Assembly (NCBI GenBank): GCA_036172245.1
Contig: JAYWIR010000041.1
Span: 1,984,001 to 2,007,990 of the forward strand
DNA length: 23,990 nucleotides
Direction: 5' to 3'
From: Raillietiella orientalis
Taxonomy: Eukaryota
Shown here piece after piece: positions 10,889 through 20,915 of the stretch; position 1 is the stretch's first letter, and every line of letters starts with the position of its first letter. The translations under genes were made by a program, and so were the position numbers. The notes under the pieces were generated by a model, which worked only from the letters and a program-made list of their open reading frames with translations, was not told the DNA's origin and searched no databases.

Positions 10889-12610
10889 ATGGCAGAAATG
10901 CCTGAGGAAACCTCGATGGAAATTGGGGGAGGGGGAGGGGAGGCGACTTGCTCTCCTCCACCCATGGAAGTGGGGACACCCGCCCCTACGGAACCCGGGA
11001 CATTTGCCCCATCAGAATCGGCGGCAACCGCCCCTTCGCGATCCTCTTCGCCAGCGGCGAGGAGTTGGAGTGCTGTCGTTGCTGCACCATCCCGGCTGCA
11101 GTTGCGTAGCAGACTGCCTATAAGCACAGCGGCTACATACCGTCGCTGATCTACAAGGTAGGCAGTGTGTTCGACGAGAAAATTGTACGCTCCTTTGAAA
11201 TGGAGCTGCAAAGACTGAATGTGAGGGAAGAAGACCTCGAGGGCCTCTCCGTCCTTAGTGGGGGGCAGCGAGTTGAGCTGACTAGCAGAGAGGCAAGTCT
11301 GGCGTAGCGCCTGCTGAACACACCCATTACGGTGGACGGCCGCAAGGTATTCCCTATGACGGAGGACCGTTCCGTCGTGGTCCACCTCACAGGCGTGACA
11401 CTCCGAATGGGCAAAACCGGCGTCCTTGAGGAGTTGGCGAAACATGGTAATGTGCACGCGCTTTGGGACAAACCCAATATCTTCGGAACGTACGGAAGGC
11501 TATTCAGTGGGATGGCCGCTTCCCGTGTCACATTACCAGAGAATGGTGGGCTTCCGCACAAACTAAACATCGGCGAAGAAACAGTCGATGTTTGGTACGT
11601 GGGAAAGCCCAAGTGCTGTGGCCATTGCGATGCCACAGGGCACTTAAAAAAAGGGTGCCCTAACATCCAATACCACTTATATGGAAATAAGGGCCACATT
11701 CGCAAGGTGTGCCCAAGAAGAGAAATCCCGGTCCCACCCGCTGCCAAAAAGGCAAAGGGCAAACGGGCGGGAGAGGAGAATAACTTGAAACAGGCTGCAA
11801 AAAGCCAGATGCCAGTCCCTATACCCTCCCAGCAAACGTCGGTTGAGACCACTCCAGACGACGCTAGCGACGGCGAAGGCTGGCACACCGTACAGCCACG
11901 AAGAAAACCCGGGAGTCCCGAACGAAACGCGGGAAAACAAAGACGCAGCGCGAAAAACCGTGCCGCGAAAAACTCCGCGCGTGTTCGGTGAAATTAGAGC
12001 GTGTGGAGGCACTCGATGCCGCCACCGGGGGAGCAATCCCCCCCCTCGCGTCCGCCGAAGCTGCGACGGTCGATGGCGAACCCTGTTGGGAAACGGAGGG
12101 GGAAACGCGCGCCGCGTTCGACGCGATCGAGGAGGCCGCCTTCCAGCAGGCGGTGGAAGAACTCGCGGCTGAACTGCAAGGCCGTGAGAAGGACTCGCGG
12201 AAAGCCTTACGAAGGCCGGTCGCGAGGAAGGCTCCGGAGGCAGGTGAGGCCGATCCGAATGCCGGAAGTGCGTTCTCCTCAGCGGAGGCGCCACCTAAGA
12301 AGACGGGACGCAAGTCCCAGCATCCTAGGAGGCGCAACCGGACCAAGAAGGAGGGCTATGAACTGGCACCCGAGGCGGAATCCAGCAGCGTGAGAGGCGA
12401 GGGTGGGAATCTCTCATTCCCCGACACCGTGCAGCTGGCGACCCCCATGGAGGAGGAAGTGCAGGTGGGTGAGCCCCCCTTCCTCTGCACGGCCCTGCCG
12501 ACGATTCGGTCCCCATGGAGGAGGGAGAAGCGGTGAGCGACGCACCCCCTTCTCCTAGCGTCCCTACCGACAAGGTGGCGGGAGCCCCATTGCCACTTTC
12601 CCAGGATTAA
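10889..12610 (+). pseudogene. ORF1 (gag-like, RRM-like + 2 CCHC knuckles) of element C
   Basis: MAEMPEET..SWSAVV..YIPSLIYKVG..RSVVVHLTG..VWYVGKPKCCGHCDATGHLKKGCP..GNKGHIRKVCP, followed by a long charged/low-complexity tail. Disrupted. Confidence 0.85.
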
Positions 12611-15600
12611 CACCTGGGCTCGCCTGTCGCCGTAGGATCCGCGTAGCCTGCTGGAACGTCAACGGGCTGAGCGACGACGGCAACAGGCGGGATATGGTCG
12701 ACACCCTGCGTGACTTCGATCTGGCGCTCCTGCAGGAGATCGACGTGATCACCGCGGAGAACGCCCAGGAAATCGAGAGGATCGCAAGCGGTCGTTTGTA
12801 TTGGCAATGCGGCGCTCGCAACACATGTGGCGTCGCGTTTTTTATGAGGTCAGCAGTCGCCGCCTTCGTCAACGACGTACTCTTCGACAAGGACAGTCGG
12901 GTTGGCCAGCTCATCCTTAGGTGGTCCGACTCGATCGACCTTGTCGTGATGAACGTGTACGCTCCGAGCGGAGGATGCGGGTACGGGTAACGTTCCCGGT
13001 TCCTCGAAACCCTGAAGCGCGACTGGCTGGCGGATACAAACGTACGCAAGGTGCGTTTGATCGGTGGAGATTTCAACATCCGCCTGCTCTCAGGTGTGCC
13101 TTGCGGGCAAAAAGACGCAGCCAACGACCTGTGCGCTGCTATGCGCACGCGCAACTTGTTGGGGGACCTACCGGAAATGGTCCAAAGCGTAGACCACGTC
13201 TTCCTTGACGCCGACCTGTGCCCACGGGTCGGCAGACGAGGGAAACTTCCGTCGACGCTGACGGACCATTTCCGGTTGATATTCGAGGTTATGCCTCGCG
13301 ACAAAGGACCACCATCAAGGGCGTAGCGTCTCCCCTGGGACTGGACGCGCATCTCAGGTGCGGCGGAACATCTCCGCCAAGTACTGGGAGGCGTCATCCT
13401 CCGGAATCTCCAAGACTGGGACCGCATGAAGGCCTCGGTACGCGAGTTCTGCGAGGAGTTCCTTGTGCACCGCCTGCCCCGGGGATTTGGCGAAGGGGCC
13501 CGCAACGAATGCGCGTATTTGCACGCGCGTCGTCACGAGAGGAACCCCAATGTCCGTCGCATGGCCGAATACCGTGGCGGGGCCGAGCGGCAAGCCTGGT
13601 AATCCGGGTCGGCCAGCATGCTGGATGACCTGGGCCGGGAACGTTCGTCCCCGGCTGCGGTACGGAATCTCGTGCGGTGTTTTTATTCCTCCCTTTACGC
13701 CAAAACACCACCCGAACGAGACGCCTCGCGACGATTGCTCATGAGTGGTTTCGTGGCGATAGGAGAGGAGGAGAGAGAAAGCCTCGATGAGCCTTTCACG
13801 ACCGGCGAAATGCTCACCGGTATCAAAAGGCTCAAGAGGAGTAAGGCGCCAGGGGAGGACGGCTTGCCCGCGGAGTTCTTTCAGAGTTTCGCGAAAGAGC
13901 TGGCCCCCCTGGTGCTCGAGTTGACAAGGCGTATCCGAGACGAAGGCGATGTTCCCGCGTCGTTTCGGCGGCCAGGGTGAGGCTCCTCCCGAAGGGAGGA
14001 GACCTCCGGAAACTTAGCAACTGGCGTCCGATCACGATTGTGAACACGGACGCCAAGTTGCTGGCTGGACTGTGGGCTGCGCGACTGGGGCAGGTAGCTG
14101 ACAGCTTCGTCAGCCCGGAACAGACGTACGCTGTTCCCGGGCGAAGCATGGAAGCGAACCTGTTCTTCGCCAGCACATGGTTCCATGTGCAACGCTAGGA
14201 AAAAAAGGAAAAAGAACGGAATGTCGACAAACCTGATTTGGGGGTGCCAGCGCGGCAAGTAAGGGACGACCGGGAAGGGAAGGGGGCTCTAGCGATCGCA
14301 GTCGATCTGCAAAAAGCGTTCGATTGCGTGGACCAGGAACTCCTTCTGGAACTCCTGGATCGCATGGGCTTCCCGGACACCTTAACGGGCTAACTGCGCG
14401 CCTGCTGGCGCAATGCGATCATCAAATTGCTTTTCAGAGGACAGCACGTGTTTGGCGTGCCGGGGAGGCGCGGCATCCGGCAGGGCGACAGCCTGAATCC
14501 CCAGCTCTTTAGCACCTATTTCGAACTGGTGCTGAGAGCATACAGGATGACATTGGCTGTCCTTTCGAGCTCGTGCCCAGGTACGCCGGCCGTGTCGGCG
14601 TATGCTGACGATCTTTTGGTCCTGCTGCCCATGTCCGCCCCGGCTTCGGCAGTCCAGGATTTCTTCGACTTGCTGAACCGCGGGACAGGACTACGGGTGA
14701 GCAGGACGAAGTCGTCGCTGGTTGCGGTTGGTGCAACGTGTGCAGAACGACCTGATTGGATCCTCCTGAGGATCCCCACGGAGAGGTAGTTGAAGTGCCT
14801 CGGCGTTCCGTTGGGGTACTTCTGCCAGTCAGAAGCCTGGTCAGGTCGTCTCCAGAAAGTAGAGTCGCGGATCGGCCCGTTCCTGGAAGGCAAGTTTCAC
14901 TAGCCGGAAAAAGCCGCGGTGTGGAACGCGTTCGCGGCCCCCCTCCTTCGCCCCCTGCTTTTTGTTTGTCCCGTACCCCGTGAACTGAAAAAAAGAACAA
15001 AGGACCTCCTACGCATCGCCCTGTGGGGAGGCGGGAGGCCTCGTGTGCCACTAGAGGATTTCTGCGCTCCACGTCGGGACGGAGGTCTAAGCGTCCTGAC
15101 AATGGAGCGAATGGAAACACAGCTGCGGTGGCGTACTGTAGCCATCGCCACGAAAATGTGAAACACCCCTTGGGGCGTTCCAGCCCGCCTTCTCGCCAGA
15201 AGTGTGTACGGGACTGAAGGACTCTCGTCTTTTCTTCTATGCCCCGGCCGGAAAATAAGAAGATGCGGACTTCTCCTGGGACGCATGGCCACCCTAGCAA
15301 AGGAGAATGCGCTGATGATCTGCAGCCCCGCCAACCCCAGCGCATGGCTCGAAGAAACAGTTGGCACGTGGGGGGTAGTGAATCAGAGGAGCCACGAGAG
15401 GTGGGATAGCCTGCGACGCGGCAGATACGCTCGCTGCACTCTACGCGAGATCCTGGAGTGTCCAGCCAGGAGCACGTGGTCAGAGACGACCTGCCTAGCG
15501 ACAGTGCTCCTTTTCCTACGTGGGGCCCGGGCTTCCAACGCGGATCCAAGGGCGACAGGAGACCCCAGGTGCTAATCCTAGGAAATCGGCGTTGCGGCCT

Positions 15601-15623
15601 TCGCCACCTATGGGCTTGAAAGG
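12610..15623 (+). pseudogene. ORF2 (AP endonuclease + reverse transcriptase) of element C
   Basis: WNVNGL, LLQE, NVYAP, GGDFN, VDHVF, TDH; KAPGEDGLPAEFF; NWRPITIVNTD; EQTYAVPGRS; DLQKAFD; GIRQGDSLNPQLF; YADD; K.LGV; DGGL. Stops at e.g. 12988, 13324, 14196 and 14787. Confidence 0.93.
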
Positions 15624-15860
15624 TATGTCTCGTCTCCTGCCGTCATCGCAAAGACGGTTGACGTTCCAGCAGGCGATGCCTATTTGACAGCAGATGTCGA
15701 GTCCCGGCATTCCTGCTGGGAAAGTGATGCTGCGTCTCCAGCATCCCCATCGGACGGGATGCTTTGTGACTGCACCGCTATGGGGGGCGCCTCGGTGACT
15801 CCCTCCGCTTCCATCGGTTCCGCAGCGACCGCGCATCAGAATCCAGGACACGTGTCCATT
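15624..15860 (-). mobile_element. Fragment E: ORF1 end / ORF2 start of a Tx1-like element, probably the upstream part of B
   Basis: MPGLDICCQIGIACWNVNRLCDDGRRRDI matches the C ORF2 start TPGLACRRRIRVACWNVNGLSDDGNRRDM. The upstream frame EPMEAEGVTEAPP matches C ORF1 TPMEEEVQVGEPP. Right boundary approximate. Confidence 0.8.
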
Positions 15861-16305
15861 TCTCCCCACGCTCTGAGAGCACCATTCGCGTGCACGCTGT
15901 GCAACGCGGAATCTTGTCGGCATGGCACTGCTGGCGGAATGTGGATGGGTTCCATGGGTGCAGCTATCCTTCCGAGTCTGTCGCCGTCATAACCCCATTC
16001 CTCCGGCAACTTCGAAGTCGGGATCAGGAACGCTTCATGTTCCGAACTCCTTCCAGGATCGCCTTTTCGATCCAGAAGTTGGTGCTGCAGCCATTCGTGC
16101 TGGCATTGCGGGATAAAGGCATCTGCTGACAGGATTCGCTCTCCGTTTCTTCCCGAGGCAAGGCGACCAGCCAACCGCTGCCCCTAATATGAGGTTCCAA
16201 CAAGAGCAACCACCTTGAGCAACCGTCGTGGTCCCTCTCTCTTTTTCCCGTTATGCAACCGTGGTGTCAGGGTTTTCCACTAAGCCCGGAAACTAGCTTG
16301 GGTGT
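15860..16305 (+). mobile_element. Fragment F: probable extreme 3' end of another Tx1-like ORF2 (stop 16129) plus 3' UTR
   Basis: VHAVQRGILSAWHCWRN resembles D LCFLRGIVAAWSAAN. The UTR ends in GCCCGG..TTGGGTG, similar to the terminal hairpin of B and D. Confidence 0.55.
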
Positions 16306-16886
16306 ATTGCGTCAGGAAAGCGGGAAAGAAAGGGGGACGTTGTCGTGAAATCCAGTCTGCACACGGGCATCTTGCCCGTTCATCCTTTCAGTGCACGTCA
16401 CTTCCGTCCCGAATGTTTCGCAAGGCGTGTTCACGGCGACCTTGAGACCCTTGTGCACCGACCACACCGCATGTGGACGATCCGTAGATTGCAGGTACAC
16501 CTATTGTGCCTACCCTCGACTCGTTCGTTCTTTTCCCTTGAAACAGGAACGCTAAAGAGAGAAATATTGCCCTTGCTTATCAAATTCTCGGAGCACGATT
16601 CAAAAAATTGACTGAGCCGTGTCGAAATGGCCTTTGCGTTCGCTTCATGCCGCCGCACCATCCACAAGATTTCCTCAGCTCTTCCTAGATCACGCAAGCA
16701 CCAGCAGCAACATCGCAGCGACGAATAATTTATTTTCAACCTTAAGGTGCCGGCCTACAACGAACACGTGGGCATCCAGAAGCATCATCACGCCCATTGC
16801 ATGTGCTTCATAGCAATTATGCTTGGAAACCTGTGATGGTAACAGCCACATTCCCATGAGAATCCATGGAAGGTACAGAGCAAACT

Positions 16887-16892
16887 TTTATT
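16887..16892 (-). terminator. Polyadenylation signal AATAAA of the CUB-domain gene
   Basis: AATAAA on the minus strand 22 nt after the TGA stop. Confidence 0.65.
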
Positions 16893-16914
16893 TCCTATAA
16901 GAGATACCAGCAGA

Positions 16915-17018
16915 TCACGAAGACTCTTGAGTGTACACGAGGTTGAAACCAGCGTTCATCGCCATACCAGCCACAACGTTGTTTGTTCTGATGTGCAGCA
17001 TAAATGGAAATACGGCAG
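16915..17018 (-). CDS. CUB-domain protein, last coding exon
   Basis: Acceptor ctttcAG. (T)AVFPFMLHIRTNNVVAGMAMNAGFNLVYTQESS* fits the PF.L...GF.L.Y.Q CUB ending. Phase consistent. Confidence 0.88.
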
Positions 17019-17065
17019 CTGAAAGTGCAAATCACAACGGAAACCTACACTGAACGTCATCTTAC

Positions 17066-17440
17066 TGCACACTTGAGATCCCGCATTCGTCGCAGTTGCA
17101 GCATTTAGCCAAGCCCCGCAGAAACGCTCTTGTGTGCACATTGGACTGGCCATAAGTACAGCAACCTTAGTACCACCGCAGGGGATGATAAAGGCATCGT
17201 TCATACAATTTGCAGCTACACTGTTGCTCAAGGAAGGCGCAGCAGTCGCGTCAATCGAGAAACCAACTGTAACTAAGTTGGGCATTGCATTCAGACACAA
17301 CGCCCTAGCTGTAGGGGTACGCCTCACGCACATCGCGTATTCCAGGTTGGTATTCAAAACCGACATAGCGCTGTTCATCCAGCCAAAGGAGGTGATCGTA
17401 CCTGTGGCCTCAAGGAAGTACTGAAGGCATCCAATGGGAG
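17066..17440 (-). CDS. CUB-domain protein, exon
   Basis: tttccAG ... A|GTAAG. APIGCLQYFLEATGTITSF..YAMCVR..C.ND.FIIP..RFCG..L..VC. 375 nt, phase 1-1. Confidence 0.92.
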
Positions 17441-17844
17441 CTGGAAATAAACAAACACTTTGAATACTCTGCACTGTATCCGCGTCGCGATGGGGATACG
17501 ATAGGATATTCCGTGAAGAAGAAATCCGCATCCATTGAAAGATATAATTTGCCACAACCTCTTCATTCCTTTGGGAATTTTTGCTGGTACACGGAGAAAG
17601 TCGGGGTAAAGAGTGCTGCGAACCCTCCCTTGGTTTTGGAGTCGACCGACCTCAGCAGAAACCAAAAGGCGGGAAATGCCTCGGTCACAACAGAAAACCC
17701 ATTCCGTCAGCCCGGCAACATTCCCGGAGGTCACTCCCACAAGTGCACAACCTACTACCGCGTGCAGGACAGGAAAGGTAGCGCTTTCGTTGCTTGGGGA
17801 GCGAATTCGACGAAGCATGGAGTGAGACAGCGCCTTCCACTTAC

Positions 17845-17973
17845 CCAGATACGCGGATCCGGATTCAATCTGCAACACACGGATGGACCAGGATCTTGCT
17901 TCCCCCGCGATGGCAGCGGCGACCGTGATGACGAGATTAACTCCCGTAGTTGCAGCGTCCATCTTCACATACA
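17845..17973 (-). CDS. CUB-domain protein, exon
   Basis: tttcAG ... G|GTAAGT. (L)YVKMDA..RSWSIRVLQIE..YL. 129 nt, phase 1-1. Confidence 0.9.
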
Positions 17974-18725
17974 CTGAAATCCAAAAGGACAGGCTTCACT
18001 GCCTCAGCTGGCATGGGAGTTCTGCGCCTCCTGACTGTTCTTCAGTCAAGCAGTTTCGCTTAGTATCCGGAACTACTTCACGGATATCTGTCCACGAGCA
18101 CTGCACCGCTGGTTCATACCAGCGGACACTGGCCGGCATGCCACGAAGTCAAAGGCAACAGTGGCACTCTCTTGTCAAAATTCACTTCTGGAATCTAAAA
18201 GGTGCACAAAGGCAGAAAGGAGTTTCGAGGGTGTAGAGGTTTTCCGATAGTGTGTCCCCAACCTCCATCTCTTCTCCTACTACACACCAGATGGCTAGGC
18301 CCCGTAGAACGTGATCAACGCCGCGGATGAACTAACACTTCCCGGGACGAGGGGTTCCTATTTCGGCAGGACTGTTGCTTCGAGTTGCCCCTCGCAACGT
18401 AATCAATCCCTGCCCTCTTATGTCAGCAGGAGCAGACAGGAAATAGCAGCACTGCACGTGAAACGTGTTGGTCGGGAGGAGGCATCGCAGCGCGCGCGAC
18501 TGAGGTGCACGGCGGCTCTTCGAATGAAAGAAGAGTCGCATTTCCCCTTGTGGTGCGGCACACCCAAACCGAACAGACGATCTTCAAGAGTCACACCGCG
18601 TCAAAGATTGGCAGCGATGTTTCGGAAGGCGTACTGCATTCCGTGGCTTCCTATAACTACGACCTCCCACGAATAGGGAACCTGCTGGTTATTGCCACTT
18701 TCCGGTGTCGAAAAGAGTTACTTAC

Positions 18726-18871
18726 GGTGATTGTTCGGGTTCGGTCCGCAAATCGACGATGGGATGCTCTGAAAAGATCCGCTGCCCAAGGGCGTTATCA
18801 CCAGCGAATCCGGGTCGCACTGCCCGCTTGCGCGGATTGCTGATCGAAGAGTCAGGGGCTGTAGTTCGATC
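18726..18871 (-). CDS. CUB-domain protein, exon
   Basis: tttcAG ... C|GTAAGT. (R)IELQPLTL..GQCDPDSLVI..PSSICGPNPNNH. 146 nt, phase 2-1. Confidence 0.9.
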
Positions 18872-20041
18872 CTGAAATTCACAGGTGCTTGAAAAACAAA
18901 TTCTCCTCTGTGTCCCTCCTTTTCCACCGTGAATTAACCCTCGACAGCCCTGCAGGCAAGGAACAGCGCGTGTGCGAGAGGGAATTTCGTGATGAGGAAA
19001 TGCGGCCAGCAGTCACGCTGCTTTTCTCACTGTGGATCCTCACAATCGAGCGGTGCCTTTAACCCCGGAACCCTTCAGGCAGCTCCTGCGAGTGGGCCTT
19101 CTTAGGGCACGCCACGTTTCTCCCAGAAAAAGGCTTCCTGCGGTGTCTTCCGCTGCAGCATGCGCTTCCCTTTGGACTTCCGTGCCTTTACACGTGTTCT
19201 GATTCCCGATGGTTTCCAAGCACCCGTGTTTTGTGCTGAACCTCATACCCAAACATTGCGCGTTTTGCCTGCCCAAATTTAGCGGACGTTCGTTTTCGAT
19301 TCTCACAGGAACACAACTGCACAATGATCCCTATTTGTCCATTGTCCTTCCACTTGAGTGCAAACCTTCCTTTCCAGCATGCGTCCCTCCACGGAAGCCT
19401 GTTGCGGCACGCAACGGTATACTCAAAGGGCACTCCCCCCTTCAGCATGTCGCTTGTCATGAACCTGCGCAGCAAAACTCCCTGACACTGCATATGACTT
19501 GATGCGCTTCCCGTAGAAACGCTTTCCGCGGTTGTTCCCGCGCATTTTCTCAGCGTTGCTGTTTTCGACTGTGGCGGCTGATCGTCATCGGTGGACGGTC
19601 TTCCGGATCGTGTTCCCGGTAGGGGTCTAGGAGGAAACCGCTTTTTGGTTCCCTCACCTCAAAAGTCACGCCAGGAGCCGAGACGGTCTTCAGCGTAGCC
19701 GCATTTGGCTGATACTCGGGAACCATCGAATATCCATTGATGAGTTGCTGCTAACAGCTACCAAAGGGGAAACCTCTCAAGCTCTGAAGACTAACACGAT
19801 CGCTCGTCAGGGTCAACCGTTCCAGGACCTGGGCGCGTCCTTCCGCGGTGAGAAGACGAGCAGCTCATTCCCAGCGAGCGAGACACTCTTCCTTGTCCAG
19901 TACGCCGCGCATTGAGGCCTCATACAGTTGCCAACGAGCTCTTTCATCCTCGTACTCAACACTTGAATGGCACCGAATCCCATGAGGTCGTTCGTTGCTC
20001 AGAGATCCACCTGTGGGTTTGAACTGTTTCCTCTTTCTCAC

Positions 20042-20171
20042 CTGAATTGCTGGATACGCGAGTTCAGTTTCTGGACCGATGCTTGGCATGTCCCTCCGGT
20101 CGTTAGGATGTCCGTCGTGTTCTCGAAGTAGGTATTGTTTACTCTTGCACTTCGCCCGCATCCAAGTATCA
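20042..20171 (-). CDS. CUB-domain protein, exon
   Basis: cttccaaAG ... AG|GTGAGA. (V)ILGCGRSARVNNTYFEN..GTCQASVQKLNSRIQQF(R). 130 nt, phase 1-2. Confidence 0.88.
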
Positions 20172-20218
20172 CTTTGGAAGTTTGACCATTTTCGGCATGG
20201 GACCAATGCGTTTCTTAC

Positions 20219-20365
20219 CTAAACAGCAAACACCCAGCCCCAGGGCACATTGCCCAATCCTGCTACCGCCGGCATTACTGCACTCTACAGGAGGAAGACA
20301 CGTCCCGTTGCGCGAGTTTTGGAAGCAAGGCGAATTTTGTATCCGCACTACTTGCATCAGTGAAC
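20219..20365 (-). CDS. CUB-domain protein, Cys-rich N-terminal exon (most 5' exon identified with confidence)
   Basis: ttctcctcAG ... G|GTAAGA. SLMQVVRIQNSPC..NGTC...EC...GG...GQCALGLGVCC, the N-terminal module typical of arthropod CUB proteins. The six exons total 1031 nt in one uninterrupted frame. Confidence 0.9.
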
Positions 20366-20842
20366 CTGAGGAGAATGACCAAATGATGAGTACTCGGCGG
20401 TTATCCCGAAAGAACATTTCCGTTTGCCACGAAAATCGTGCCCGTCGAAGACATTCTCTTTGCGTGCCATCGCCTCACACTGTCACCTAAGTTCGAGTTG
20501 CACGCATTCAGTTGGTTCACTTTCAGGGATGCTTTCAACAGGAATGGTTTCGATAGTCGAATGAGGAGGTCGTAGGTTACCCGCGTGGCGAGGGAAGGAT
20601 TGGGGAGAAACAAGTGGAGGGCATGGAACATGCGGGAAGAAGGAGATTCCAGAGGTGCTCGACTTGCATCTCTTTCGTTCTTGTGCAATGACCACCGCAC
20701 TGAGGAGGACTTGCAGCACCCAGCAGGCGTTTTCTTCCGGAACTGGAGGGGGCACACCAATCCGTGGAAGAGAGCAGATGCCTGGCGGCTTGTGTGCCAC
20801 TGCAGTTCTGCCACGTCGGTTCGTGTGGTGTCGCGGTTGTGA

Positions 20843-20915
20843 ATGTGTGTGTGGATGTGTGGGTGAGAGGTGTGTGTGAGTAGGTGGATGTATGGATGGA
20901 TGCGTGTGATTGTGC
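20843..20915. repeat. Degenerate (GT)n/(GGAT)n simple repeat
   Basis: atgtgtgtgtggatgtgtgggtgagaggtgtgtgtgagtaggtggatgtatggatggatgcgtgtg. Confidence 0.8.

Larger units (their letters stand above)
10779..15623 (+). mobile_element. Element C: Tx1/L1-like element from its 5' end through ORF1 and most of ORF2, lacking the C-terminal zinc finger
   Basis: 5' UTR with GGACGTG, then ORF1, then APE + RT ORF2 in canonical order. Many stops and frameshifts. Confidence 0.93.

Noticed and set aside
12564..15549. Long antisense ORFs (e.g. 12564-13505, 14509-15549; also 11151-11888)
   Set aside because: These are shadow frames of GC-rich retrotransposon coding sequence with no independent motifs.
15624..16305. 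E/F as a twin-priming inversion
   Set aside because: It would need ~3.5 kb lost at the inversion point. E is better explained as the upstream part of B, although this is not formally excluded.
19658..19747. Open phase-0 exon-like stretch (QLINGYSMVPEY..GVTFE) inside a CUB-gene intron
   Set aside because: The phase is incompatible with the flanking phase-2 junction, and the protein is complete without it.
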